Assembly: GCA_027491435.1 (NCBI GenBank)
Contig: JAOZFG010000035.1
Span: 64,001 to 128,000 of the forward strand
DNA: 64,000 bases
Direction of reading: 5' to 3'
From: Thermoproteota archaeon
Lineage (GTDB): Archaea > Korarchaeota > Korarchaeia > Korarchaeales > Korarchaeaceae
The position numbers and the translations under genes were made by a program. This document shows positions 38,407-47,797 of the stretch, piece after piece. The stretch's first letter is position 1. Every line of letters starts with the position of its first letter. The notes under the pieces were generated by a model, which had not been told where the DNA came from, did not search any database, and saw only the letters and a program-made list of their open reading frames with translations.

Positions 38407-39408
38407 ATGGTTGGTTTAGCAGAGTTCTTCGAGAGGAAGCCTAACGTAGAAGTGGTGGTCTTTGCTGGAAAGGGAGGTCTGGGCAAGACCACCAGCAGCG
38501 CCGCCCTAAGTTACCACATGGCCGTAAATGAGGGTAAGAAAGTGCTATGCTTCAGCACAGACCCACAAGCCTCGTTGAGCGACATATTTGAGAGAGATCT
38601 CTTCGGTAAAGGCGTCGTCGAGGTGGCTCCTAACCTCCACGTCGTAGAGATTGACGCCGATAAGAGAATAGCTGAATATCAGCAGGAAATAAAGCAGAAG
38701 ATATTAGACATGTACGGCATGGACGAGTTACCCAAGGAGATAGAGGAGTATATAGATAGCACTTCGGCTGAGCCTGCTATGTATGAGTCAGCGACCTACG
38801 ATGCCATGGCTGACCTGGTGGCCTCTAAGGAGTACGACCTCTATGTGTTCGACATGCCCCCATTCGGCCATGGAGTTAGGATGGTCGCTATGGCTGAAAT
38901 CCTGAGCGCTTGGGTGGATAAGATTGCCGAAGCCAGAAAGGAGGCCGCTGAGTACGAGGAGGTAGCTGCTATATTGAAGGGCGGCGGTCCTTCAGAGGAC
39001 TTGGTGCTCAAGGAGTTAGAAGATATAAGGGACAAGATGAACACATTCACTAAGTTGATGACCGATCCGGATAAGACAGCCTTCTTCATGGTCTTAGTGC
39101 CTGAGAAGATGGCTATCCTGGACACTGAAAGGGCTCTGGCCATGTTTAAAGAGTTAGGAATTGAGATGTCTGGAGTGGTCGTCAACCAGATATATCCTAG
39201 AGAGCTTTTGAGCAGGCCAGACCTGCCGGAGCTACTGAGGAAGAAGATAGAGTCTCAAGAGAAGCACCTAATGGAGATAAGGGAGAAGTTCGGCAACTTA
39301 GTGGCTGCCCTTATACCCATGTTCGATAGGGAGCCCAAGGGCCTTGAAATGATAGCCAAGGTGGCTGAGGAGCTCATGCACTCTAGGAGGGAGCTCTTAT
39401 GGTGGTGA
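38407..39408 (+). CDS. ArsA/Get3-family ATPase, single domain (copy 1)
   Basis: GKGGLGKTT, STDPQ, FDMPPFGH and VVNQ motifs. Confidence 0.92.
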   Translation: MVGLAEFFERKPNVEVVVFAGKGGLGKTTSSAALSYHMAVNEGKKVLCFSTDPQASLSDIFERDLFGKGVVEVAPNLHVVEIDADKRIAEYQQEIKQKILDMYGMDELPKEIEEYIDSTSAEPAMYESATYDAMADLVASKEYDLYVFDMPPFGHGVRMVAMAEILSAWVDKIAEARKEAAEYEEVAAILKGGGPSEDLVLKELEDIRDKMNTFTKLMTDPDKTAFFMVLVPEKMAILDTERALAMFKELGIEMSGVVVNQIYPRELLSRPDLPELLRKKIESQEKHLMEIREKFGNLVAALIPMFDREPKGLEMIAKVAEELMHSRRELLWW

Positions 39409-40436
39409 CGGTCAATAAGGTTTTACTCCCCGAGTTCCTCAAGTCCAAGCCCAACCTGAAGTTCCTGTTCACCGGAGGAAAGGGCGGAGTTGGCAAGACG
39501 GTATCGGCTGCTGGCTTGGCCTACAGGTTCTCCCAAGAGGGGAAGAGAACCTTGCTCGTCTCCTTAAACCCAGTCCACTCGTTGAGTAGCCTCTTCGCAC
39601 AAGACCTTAAGGGAGGCGTCATAAAGCCCGTTGAAGGTGCTGAGAACCTCTTCGCCCTTGAGGTGGAGATAGACGACATAGTGGAGAAGTACAAGAAGAA
39701 CATAGCTAGGAGGCTCTCGGAGTTCCTGAAGTGGGCGGACATACCCCTTGACCCTAAGCCGTTCATAGACATAGCCACCACTAACCCGGCGTTCCAGGAG
39801 TCGGCCATGTTCGACAAGATGATGGACGTGGTCCTAGAGCAGGGAGAGGAGTTCGACGTGGTGGTCTTCGACACCGCGGCCGTAGCTAACGCGGCTAGGC
39901 TAATAGGTTTGAGTAAGATATATGGGCTCTGGCTTGAAAGGATGATAAAGAGCAGGGAAGAGGCTCTATCGCTCAGAGTTAAGCTGTCCTTCAGGAAGGA
40001 AAAGGTGATGGAGGAGATAAAGAAGGACCCGCTAATGGCAGATCTCATATCAATGCAGGAGAGGTTTAACAAGGTCAAGCAGATCCTGTTAAACGAGGAG
40101 AAGACTGCTTTCTTCTTCGTGACGCTCCCCCTGGCCCTGCCCATAGCGGTGGTGAAGAGGTTCATAAAGATGGTAAGAGGGTTCGACATACCGGTGGGCG
40201 GCGTGATAGTCAACCAGATCATACCCAAGAAGGTAGCAGAGGCCACCACCAACGAGTACTTGAAGAACAAGTACAGGGAGCAGCTGGAGTACATGAGGAT
40301 AATAGAGAGCGATTTAGGCGAGCTCGTTAGGTCCTACATACCTACTTACCCTGGGGAAGTTGTAGGGCTCGATATGCTGGCCAGGCTATCAGAAGACATG
40401 TTCACGTGGGTTCCTGACTTTCTAGATGAGCTTTAA
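39399..40436 (+). CDS. ArsA/Get3-family ATPase-like protein (copy 2, degenerate switch motifs)
   Basis: GKGGVGKT intact; switch I reads SLNPVH and switch II reads DTAAVANA. Confidence 0.9.
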   Translation: MVVTVNKVLLPEFLKSKPNLKFLFTGGKGGVGKTVSAAGLAYRFSQEGKRTLLVSLNPVHSLSSLFAQDLKGGVIKPVEGAENLFALEVEIDDIVEKYKKNIARRLSEFLKWADIPLDPKPFIDIATTNPAFQESAMFDKMMDVVLEQGEEFDVVVFDTAAVANAARLIGLSKIYGLWLERMIKSREEALSLRVKLSFRKEKVMEEIKKDPLMADLISMQERFNKVKQILLNEEKTAFFFVTLPLALPIAVVKRFIKMVRGFDIPVGGVIVNQIIPKKVAEATTNEYLKNKYREQLEYMRIIESDLGELVRSYIPTYPGEVVGLDMLARLSEDMFTWVPDFLDEL

Positions 40437-41133
40437 CGGGCTTAACCCTCACCCTTTCTTCTCCTGAGTAGACGAGCATCCTGTTTCCCCTGGCAAATCC
40501 TACCAGAGTGATATTGTAAAGCTTGCCCAGTCTGGCCGCCTGAGCTGTGACAGCTGCCTTACTGGCTGCGAACCCAACTGAGCCCTTCCTCAATATACCA
40601 ACTATCCCTCTGGTTATCCTGCAGGAGAGGGCTAGGAAGTGCTCTTCTGGGTTGTACTCCTTAAGGTACATTCTCCCTAAAATTTTGTAGAGGAGGGTGT
40701 GCCTGCTAACGTCCTCCATCACCTCCTTGACCTGACCAGACTTATCGAATATTCCCATTACGTGCGTGGCCCCAGTAACCTTGTGTACTCTAGAGGAAGC
40801 CATCAAGGAGTTCACAGCCTTGAGTATGACTTCAGAATCAAGGATGGGTGCCCTAATAGATCCCCCACTGCCGATCGGCTTGCCCTTGACGTTGATCAGG
40901 TAGGCGTCATCACCCTTTAGAACGCTGACCCTGCTAAGCTCCTCAAGGGAGTACCCATGATAGATAAGCATTCCCGCCACTAGATCCACTACATCCGTTG
41001 GTGAGCCGTAGATAGTAATGGAGCTTCCTCCAATTCTGAAGGTAAAAGTTACCTCATTTGCTAGAATGTCTTCTAATTCTCTAGAGGAGCCGTCAACTAC
41101 CTCTATCACCTTTACCTTGGACGTAGGCTCCAA
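40402..41133 (-). CDS. fdhD: FdhD/NarQ formate dehydrogenase accessory family protein
   Basis: TGATH, EDVSRH..LYK..G, SCR, SKAAVT and ITLVGFARG. Confidence 0.82.
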   Translation of the reverse strand: MEPTSKVKVIEVVDGSSRELEDILANEVTFTFRIGGSSITIYGSPTDVVDLVAGMLIYHGYSLEELSRVSVLKGDDAYLINVKGKPIGSGGSIRAPILDSEVILKAVNSLMASSRVHKVTGATHVMGIFDKSGQVKEVMEDVSRHTLLYKILGRMYLKEYNPEEHFLALSCRITRGIVGILRKGSVGFAASKAAVTAQAARLGKLYNITLVGFARGNRMLVYSGEERVRVKPVKAHLESQEPT

Positions 41134-41716
41134 CTAAATCACCCGCCTTCAGAAGGGCCCCTCCCAACACTAGCATAAGCTCTCCTCTCAAGAGTATTCC
41201 TTCTTCTCCCTTGCTCCTTATCGTCCCCAGGAGCAACCCGTAGATCAGGCCGCTGAGCCACAATTTAAGGGAGAGGTCTGATACCGTGACCCTGAGGAGG
41301 GAGGCGCTAACGTTGAGGAGAATTTGATTGAAAGTTCTCCAAATGATTATGAAAAACATGCTTGGAATTGCTGCTAATAACAGGGATATGGCAATCACTT
41401 TAATCCTCCTTAGAAGCTTCAGGTCGTGCACTGAGTATACGATCCTTGACCCCAGGTCGGATCCGCTTTTGAAGGCCAAGAACACGAACAGGGTGAACAA
41501 GGAGGGGGGCTTCACCGCTATCAAGGCGAGCAGGCCCACCAATATCCAGGAGAGAGTGTATATCAAATCTATTGCGTTTCTCTTAGCTAGCTTAGATCTT
41601 GTGACCTTAGCCACTGCCTTGCTAACCAACGACTGAATCAGGTAAGCCAGGGTGGGCAAGAAGTCCATCAAGCCCATTATCACAACTAGTAGGAAGAAAA
41701 GTACGTCAGCTAACAT
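41093..41716 (-). CDS. Hypothetical membrane protein
   Basis: Several hydrophobic segments; overlaps the fdhD start. Confidence 0.7.
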   Translation of the reverse strand: MLADVLFFLLVVIMGLMDFLPTLAYLIQSLVSKAVAKVTRSKLAKRNAIDLIYTLSWILVGLLALIAVKPPSLFTLFVFLAFKSGSDLGSRIVYSVHDLKLLRRIKVIAISLLLAAIPSMFFIIIWRTFNQILLNVSASLLRVTVSDLSLKLWLSGLIYGLLLGTIRSKGEEGILLRGELMLVLGGALLKAGDLVGAYVQGKGDRGS

Positions 41717-41765
41717 CGATAAACCTGGAACCTAAACATAAAAAGGGCTCCCTGGGCGTGATGAT

Positions 41766-42092
41766 ATGGATCTGGAGGAGGTCTTCGAAGAGATCAGGGA
41801 GGTTCATAAGAGGGACCCTGAGAGTGCCCTCTCCCTGATGAAGTCCCTGGCCAAAGAGCTTAAGGAGAGGATTGCCGGTGACTGGGATGGTTCCGTTCCC
41901 CTCTCCCAGTACGCCAGCTCCAGGAAGTATCCGGACTTCTTTCACGAGATGGCTGACAGGATAGAGTGGTCCTTCAAGTTCGTGGAGGAAGCTACTATTA
42001 ACGAGCTGTTGATGGCCCTTTCCTCACTAGGATTTCTCATGGAGGTTTACAGGAGGTTGGGGGAAAGTTCAAAAAAGGCTTCAAGTAGATAA
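41766..42092 (+). CDS. Hypothetical helical protein
   Basis: Typical codon use; first of three co-oriented genes. Confidence 0.7.
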   Translation: MDLEEVFEEIREVHKRDPESALSLMKSLAKELKERIAGDWDGSVPLSQYASSRKYPDFFHEMADRIEWSFKFVEEATINELLMALSSLGFLMEVYRRLGESSKKASSR

Positions 42093-42107
42093 AGGAGGAG
42101 GGTCCAT

Positions 42108-42815
42108 ATGAGCGAGTGGGAAGGCTTCGACTTTGAAGAGGAGGAAGAGATCAGCTATGGTTTCTCGGACTACCTGTTGGCGCCAATAAAGTTCGCCTCA
42201 GGAACCTTTAAGGCCGTGAGGCAGAAGCCCAAGCTCACCTACTGGATAGCTCTTCTGCTCATAGCCACGCTATTCGCTTTGATTCCATCTTACATACAGG
42301 CCTCTAAGGTAGAGATCAAGGTAGTAGGGGAGGGAGTAAGCGAGGACGTGATCAAAATGGTGGAGGCCACTCAAGAGATGTTCATGAAGAACCCAGCCTT
42401 CCTGGGAATCACCATATTCATCTCCTCCCTGATAATACAGCTCGTCGGAGGAGTCGTCTACTTCCTCATCAGCAAGGTCATGGGAGGTGAGGGCTCCTTC
42501 AGCTCCCACCTGATGGTTGTGGGCATGACTTCCGTTCCTACAATAGTGATGAGCTTGCTGGAGATACCTTTCTTCATGACCTCGCCGCCCATTCAAATAA
42601 CTATAGATCTGAGAACCGGAAAGAGCCAGGGGGCTGTGGCGAGCGATCCCATGCTTCAGGTGCTCTCAATGTTAATGGCCCTCTGGTCAGCGGCCGTAAT
42701 ATACTACGGAGCCAAGTATACTTCTAAGCTGGACAGCGATGAGAAGGCCTTGATCGTGGCCTTCATCATGTACCTGGTGCTCATCCTTCCGGTCATCCTC
42801 TCCCTGGTGATCTGA
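42108..42815 (+). CDS. Yip1-family membrane protein
   Basis: LLAP...F..V start, KVMGGEGSF and LWSA...YYG five-TM pattern; GGAGG RBS. Confidence 0.8.
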   Translation: MSEWEGFDFEEEEEISYGFSDYLLAPIKFASGTFKAVRQKPKLTYWIALLLIATLFALIPSYIQASKVEIKVVGEGVSEDVIKMVEATQEMFMKNPAFLGITIFISSLIIQLVGGVVYFLISKVMGGEGSFSSHLMVVGMTSVPTIVMSLLEIPFFMTSPPIQITIDLRTGKSQGAVASDPMLQVLSMLMALWSAAVIYYGAKYTSKLDSDEKALIVAFIMYLVLILPVILSLVI

Positions 42816-44218
42816 TGAGGTTAGACGCCCCCTTGGGATTGAGGGTCCTAGCACACCTGGTGGACCTGTTGCCGATAACGCTACTCTACATTGCAGCCTA
42901 CCTGGCCTTAGGTGAGACCACCTCCTTCCTGGCGCTATCAATTTTAGGCTCAGTTCTGGTGCTCTCTATCGTGCTTTACTTCTCCCTGTTCGAGGCGTTC
43001 TTCTCGACTACCCCTGGGAAGAAGTTGATGAACCTGTACGTCATATCAGCAGATCCCATCGGCCCCCTGGCCCCGAGACAGGCGTTCGTCAGGAACGTAC
43101 TTAGGTTCACGGACATCTTCCTGCTTTACCTACCCACCTTTCTGATCAAGAGGAGGATAGGCGATCTTTTGGCTGGAACTGCCGTGGTCTCAGATGAGCT
43201 AGCTACCCTGAAAGTGAGGGGCTTTGAGGAAAGCATAGCTGAGGCCCTCCTCCCTATAGTTGAGAGTAAGCTTGAGAGAACTGATGAGGTAACTAAGTCC
43301 AAGCTCCTGGAGTTGAGCAGTAAAGCGGAGGTGCCTCCCTTTGTAGAGTCCTTGGACACGACGGATGAGGTAAAGAGGGTGCTGGCCGCCATAATTCAGT
43401 GGCCTGATAAGTTCAAGAGGGCCTTCACCCCTAAGGAACTATCTCAGACTTACAAGGTGGCATCTCAACTAGCTTATAGGCCTGAGGATAGGGAGGAGCT
43501 ACTCGAGATAGCTAAAGCTGTGGAGGCCCTACAACTGACCAAGAGGAGGCCGAAACCCGGTTTATCAGTCAGATCCCTTGGCAGGGCTCCGGTTGAGTTC
43601 AGGCCCTTAATACCATATTTCCTGTTGTCAGCCGCCCTTTTGTTAACTATATCATATCTGGCAGCCATACTAAGACCAGACCCCCTGATTAAGGCTCTAA
43701 GGGAACTCTTCGGGACGACAGACAGGAGAGCCTTAGCCAACACGGCCTACGTCTTCTCTGTGATATTCCTCAACAACATGAGGGTTGTCCTACTGATACT
43801 AGGGCTAAGCCCAACCGTGGTGATACCCCTACTCATGCTACTGGTCAACGGAATGACAATAGGCGGGCTTCTAGGAACTTATGCAGCTCAAGGAAAGGCC
43901 CTTCAGGCCATACTGCTCATACTCCCTCATGGAGTCCCTGAGCTCACGGCCATCTTTATAGTCACGGCCCTCTCACTTAAGGCGGCTAAGATAGTGATAC
44001 TTCCGCCGAAAATAGGCAGGGTTAAAGCCCTAAGGGAGCTTTTCCTGGGAAGCCTTGAAATACTGGCCGTGGCCACTGCGCTTATACTCTACGCGGCTGT
44101 GATAGAGGCGGCGATCACCAAACCGCTCTCATCAGATCCCATGAAGGGAGTTGCCTTCTCCCTGGCGGAGGCTCTAGTAATTTACTTCTTCTTGCTGAAG
44201 GCTAGAAACTCCTCTTAA
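42815..44218 (+). CDS. RDD-domain + SpoIIM (DUF95) fusion membrane protein
   Basis: N-terminal R.LAHLVD...TPGKKLMNL...RN.LR..D...RIGDLLAGTAVV; C-terminal IFLNN...NG...LILPHGVPEL...AAVIEA. Confidence 0.85.
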   Translation: MRLDAPLGLRVLAHLVDLLPITLLYIAAYLALGETTSFLALSILGSVLVLSIVLYFSLFEAFFSTTPGKKLMNLYVISADPIGPLAPRQAFVRNVLRFTDIFLLYLPTFLIKRRIGDLLAGTAVVSDELATLKVRGFEESIAEALLPIVESKLERTDEVTKSKLLELSSKAEVPPFVESLDTTDEVKRVLAAIIQWPDKFKRAFTPKELSQTYKVASQLAYRPEDREELLEIAKAVEALQLTKRRPKPGLSVRSLGRAPVEFRPLIPYFLLSAALLLTISYLAAILRPDPLIKALRELFGTTDRRALANTAYVFSVIFLNNMRVVLLILGLSPTVVIPLLMLLVNGMTIGGLLGTYAAQGKALQAILLILPHGVPELTAIFIVTALSLKAAKIVILPPKIGRVKALRELFLGSLEILAVATALILYAAVIEAAITKPLSSDPMKGVAFSLAEALVIYFFLLKARNSS

Positions 44219-45029
44219 CGGCGAATTCGGCTATTTTCCTTAACTTTTCTTTAGCTTCGCTATCCTCAAGAGGTTCAAGCCCTCTAAACGCTTTCTCTAT
44301 GAAATTATCGGCCAACTCGCTCAAGAAGCCTAGGTCACCTTCCCTTACTAATGAGGAGAGTTCCCTCTCTCCTCCCCAGTCCAGGAGGTCGTCTTTTATC
44401 TGGTAAGCCAATCCTAGGTACCTGCCGTAAGAGGCCATGTTATCGGCCAAGTCTACCCTACCAGCGATTATGGCGCCTAGTCTTGATGATGCTTCAAAGA
44501 GGGTTGCCGTTTTAAGCTCCAGGACCTTTAAGTAGTCGTCTAGGCTTATGGGTTCCCCCTCCCTCATAAGCCTGACCTCCAACAATTCTCCCTCTGCCAT
44601 TCTCTTGGAGGCCCAGGAGAGAACTTCCCCGACCTGCTTGTTCTCATACATGCTAGCTACCCTCAACACGAGGGCTAGGATGAAGTCAGCGGCCAGAATT
44701 GCCATCTCCTTACCGTTATCGACGTGAAAGGCGTTCTTCCCCCTCCTCTCAACGTCACCGTCTATTAGGTCGTCATGTATGAGGGAGGCCGTGTGAATGA
44801 GTTCTATGGCCACAGCTGCAGGCTCCGGATTGCCCTTGCCTCCGCAGGCCTCGTGAGACAGCAACAGTATTATTGGCCTGACCCTCTTCCCCCCTCTCAT
44901 GAATTTCATCAAGGGGTTGAAAAAGAGGGAGTCCTTCTCCTGAGCCATCAACTCATCTAAAGCTTCGTTCACTCTCTTGGCGTACGGTTCCAATGATTTT
45001 AGCAAGCGTTCCATGTCACTTGTCTGCAC
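44202..45029 (-). CDS. trans-Isoprenyl diphosphate synthase (polyprenyl synthetase)
   Basis: GGKRVRP, HTASLIHDDLID...RRG, KTATLF and QIKDDLLD. Confidence 0.92.
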   Translation of the reverse strand: MQTSDMERLLKSLEPYAKRVNEALDELMAQEKDSLFFNPLMKFMRGGKRVRPIILLLSHEACGGKGNPEPAAVAIELIHTASLIHDDLIDGDVERRGKNAFHVDNGKEMAILAADFILALVLRVASMYENKQVGEVLSWASKRMAEGELLEVRLMREGEPISLDDYLKVLELKTATLFEASSRLGAIIAGRVDLADNMASYGRYLGLAYQIKDDLLDWGGERELSSLVREGDLGFLSELADNFIEKAFRGLEPLEDSEAKEKLRKIAEFAVKRSF

Positions 45030-45053
45030 AGTCTGTTCCCCGGGAAGGGCCCC

Positions 45054-45797
45054 CTACTCTTCTATAAGTATGCTCCTCCTCTTAACGACTCTGTCGGCGT
45101 ACACCACTATTCCATTATCCGTAATTTCGAAGGGATGCCTCTTCATCGAGTGCGCTGTTCCCCTCATCTTCCAAACTATTAGGCTCCTCACTAGCTCCCC
45201 ATCCCATTCGTCTAGGTCGAGCCTTATGATCCCGTCGGCGGCGTGTTCCACCCCAGGTCCTCCGAATCCCCTCTCCGTGACGCCGACCTGGCTTATTAGG
45301 ATTGAAGTTGTGCCCATCCCAGAGAGCACCTTCTTGAGCAGGAGCACGGTCTTCCTGGCCACCACCGGCTTAGTTAAGTAGAGGGCAGTGACAGAGTCTA
45401 CTACCACCCTCTCAGCTCCAACTTCCTCTATAGCCCTCCTTAACTGGTCTATGAGCGAGTGAACGTCCTCAGGGTCGGCGACCACGTACTTCTCCCTCTT
45501 AGCCGCAGCCCCTATTCCTCCTGTGTAAGCGTCAACTATGGCAAACTTGCCCTCCTCCTCGAAGGGCCTAGGGTCCCAACCGAAGGCCGACATGTTTATC
45601 CTCACCTGTACTGGGTGCTCCTCCAATGCAACGTAAACGCTGCCTTGACCCTCTTTAAGCCCGTTGTACAGGTACTGCATACCGAAGATCGTCTTGCCGG
45701 TTCCAGGCCCTCCTGACAAGAGGACTACGTTCCTCTCAGGTATCCCACCTTTTAGGATTTCATCCATCCCAGGTATCCCTGTCTTTATCCTCCTCAA
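45054..45797 (-). CDS. Single-domain KaiC-like ATPase
   Basis: [22 protein letters not shown] and WKMRGT.H. Confidence 0.92.
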   Translation of the reverse strand: MRRIKTGIPGMDEILKGGIPERNVVLLSGGPGTGKTIFGMQYLYNGLKEGQGSVYVALEEHPVQVRINMSAFGWDPRPFEEEGKFAIVDAYTGGIGAAAKREKYVVADPEDVHSLIDQLRRAIEEVGAERVVVDSVTALYLTKPVVARKTVLLLKKVLSGMGTTSILISQVGVTERGFGGPGVEHAADGIIRLDLDEWDGELVRSLIVWKMRGTAHSMKRHPFEITDNGIVVYADRVVKRRSILIEE

Positions 45798-45849
45798 ACT
45801 GTCACCCCCTATAATCAGGCTTAATAAGATTAAAGTTACGTGGTTCTAG

Positions 45850-47235
45850 GTGATCCTCTTGAAGCCCTTTCCGAATGAAGGGAAGGACCTGACTGGCGCC
45901 CTGAGGAGGGGCGAAATAACAGTAGCCGTGTATGGGCTTGGACATGTGGGCGCCCCTCTCTTGGCAGCTTGGTTACTCGCTGGGGCTAGGGGAATAGGGG
46001 TTGACGTCGACCCAGAGAAGGTCGACTTGGTGAACTCAGGTAAGAGCCCGGTTATGGAGCCCGGGGTCGATGAGGTTTTCAGTAAGGCCGTCGAGGAGGG
46101 CAGATTAAGGGCGACTACCTCTGGCGCTGACGCCGCCAGCGAGTCGGACGTCATGTTGATAGCGGTGCCCACCAAGCTCTCCGGGGACGGGTGGCCCAGG
46201 AAACCTGACTTAACGCATGTTAAGGAGGTGGCTAGGGAAATAGGGAAAGGGCTTCAAAAGGGTGATTTAGTGATCTTGGAGAGTAGTTCACCCCCAGGGA
46301 CCACTAGAAAAGTTCTCAAGCCCATTTTAGAGGATGAAAGCGGGCTTAAGGCGGAGGAGGATTTTGGTTTGGTGTACAGTCCGGAGAGGATAGCTGAGGG
46401 GAGGGCCCTTAAGGACATAGTCGAATCCTACCCCAAAGTAATAGGGGGGATAGGACCTAAGAGCTCGGCTACGGCCTCTGAACTCTATGGGGTGATCGCA
46501 TCCAAGGGCGTTATAGAGGTCAGCAACGACCTAGTTGCTGAGTTCGAGAAGTTGGCTGAGGGAATTTACAGGGACGTCAACATAGCTTTAGCAAACGAGT
46601 TAGCCGAGCTTTGCAGGGTTTTGGGCATAGATTATGATGAGGTCAGGTTGGCCGCTAATAGTCAGCCCTACTCTCACCTTCACAGGCCCGGAACTGGAGT
46701 GGGAGGGCTCTGCATCCCTGTTTACCCCCACTTCCTGGCCTGGGTCGCCAACGAGAATTCAGTAAAGCTGGAGTTGGTTAAGACGGGCAGGAGGATAAAT
46801 GAGGAGATGCCGAGGAGGGTTGCTGAACTGGTGGAGCAGGGGATGGAGAGGCTCGGGCTTAAGTATGAGGTCTCTATACTGGGGCTGGCTTTCAGGGGAG
46901 ATGTAGCTGATTCGAGGCTCTCCCCAACCTACGACCTGATAAAGGAACTGCAGGATAGAGGGATTTCCGTGAAGGTTGTACACGATCCCCTGATAGCAGA
47001 AGATCCCCTGCTCGAGGAGCTGGGGGTTGGACTCACCAAGGAGCTAGAGAAGGCGCTCAAGGCGCCCGCTGTGGTTATCTCGACGGATCACTCCCAGTAC
47101 AGGATGAAGGCCAGCGAGTTCTTCGGGATGGGTGAGTTCATCCTCCTGGTGGACGGCAGACACGTCATAGAGGTTGATGAAGTTCCTAGGGGGAAGGCCT
47201 ACGTTGGGGTGGGAAGGCCCTGGATCATCCCCTGA
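45850..47235 (+). CDS. Nucleotide-sugar (UDP-HexNAc) dehydrogenase
   Basis: GLGHVG, ESSSPPGTT, SPER, RDVNIALANE, GVGGLCIP and AFRGDVADSRLSP. Confidence 0.92.
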   Translation: MILLKPFPNEGKDLTGALRRGEITVAVYGLGHVGAPLLAAWLLAGARGIGVDVDPEKVDLVNSGKSPVMEPGVDEVFSKAVEEGRLRATTSGADAASESDVMLIAVPTKLSGDGWPRKPDLTHVKEVAREIGKGLQKGDLVILESSSPPGTTRKVLKPILEDESGLKAEEDFGLVYSPERIAEGRALKDIVESYPKVIGGIGPKSSATASELYGVIASKGVIEVSNDLVAEFEKLAEGIYRDVNIALANELAELCRVLGIDYDEVRLAANSQPYSHLHRPGTGVGGLCIPVYPHFLAWVANENSVKLELVKTGRRINEEMPRRVAELVEQGMERLGLKYEVSILGLAFRGDVADSRLSPTYDLIKELQDRGISVKVVHDPLIAEDPLLEELGVGLTKELEKALKAPAVVISTDHSQYRMKASEFFGMGEFILLVDGRHVIEVDEVPRGKAYVGVGRPWIIP

Positions 47236-47797
47236 GGAGCCTCCTCACGAAGCTTATGGTGAATATCTCCAGCAAAGACTCCATGGCTGCCAAGGCCCCC
47301 CACAAGTCAACTTCAGAGGCCACCACTGGCCCATGTCTCCTTATTATCACGGCGTTCACGCCTGACATGGCAGAAGCCACTGCCTCCGCAAGCTCCTCAG
47401 TTCCGTATGGCCTCCAACCTATCACCTTAACCCCTTTGAGCAGTATTTTCGCCTCTTCAGTCCAGTCCCTCTCCTCAAATAGTTCTGAGGAGGTGAAGAG
47501 GTTCGCCATTCCCGTTATTAGGGGGTGATGGCAGTGGAGAACGGCCTTGACGTCCGGCCTCCTCTTGTATATTTGGAGGTGCATCCTCCACTCAGAGCTC
47601 GGCTTTCCTCCCCTAGGATCGCCATCCCACGTCACGAAAACCACGTCCTCAGGGCTCAGGTTCCCCTTGAATTTGCCTGATGGGGTTATATAGATCCCGT
47701 CGTCGGCCCTTATGCTAGCGTTTCCTCCAGCTCCAGTGGTTAGCCCCTTGAGGTGGGCTACCCTCATAACTTCAGCTACCTCGTCGGGATTCACCAT
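47225..47797 (-). CDS. Class II aldolase/adducin family (fuculose-1-phosphate aldolase-like)
   Basis: GGNASIR, ITPSG, PSSEWRMH, HCH and RHG. Confidence 0.9.
   Translation of the reverse strand: MVNPDEVAEVMRVAHLKGLTTGAGGNASIRADDGIYITPSGKFKGNLSPEDVVFVTWDGDPRGGKPSSEWRMHLQIYKRRPDVKAVLHCHHPLITGMANLFTSSELFEERDWTEEAKILLKGVKVIGWRPYGTEELAEAVASAMSGVNAVIIRRHGPVVASEVDLWGALAAMESLLEIFTISFVRRLLRG

Noticed and set aside
39521-40294. 257-aa antisense ORF (likewise 53795-54592, 15734-16321 and other shadow ORFs)
   Set aside because: They lie opposite well-supported genes, have shadow-type composition and show no motifs.
38407-40436. Arsenic resistance operon
   Set aside because: No arsB/acr3, arsC, arsD or arsR nearby, and the metalloid-binding cysteines are absent. 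The context is cstA.
41758-41821. Possible C/D box sRNA (GTGATGA...CTGA)
   Set aside because: GTGATGA doubles as the RBS of the 41766 ORF, the span lies inside coding sequence, and no guide target was recognised.
45054-45797. Circadian clock system
   Set aside because: A single-domain KaiC-like ATPase with no kaiA or kaiB; such proteins are common in archaea.
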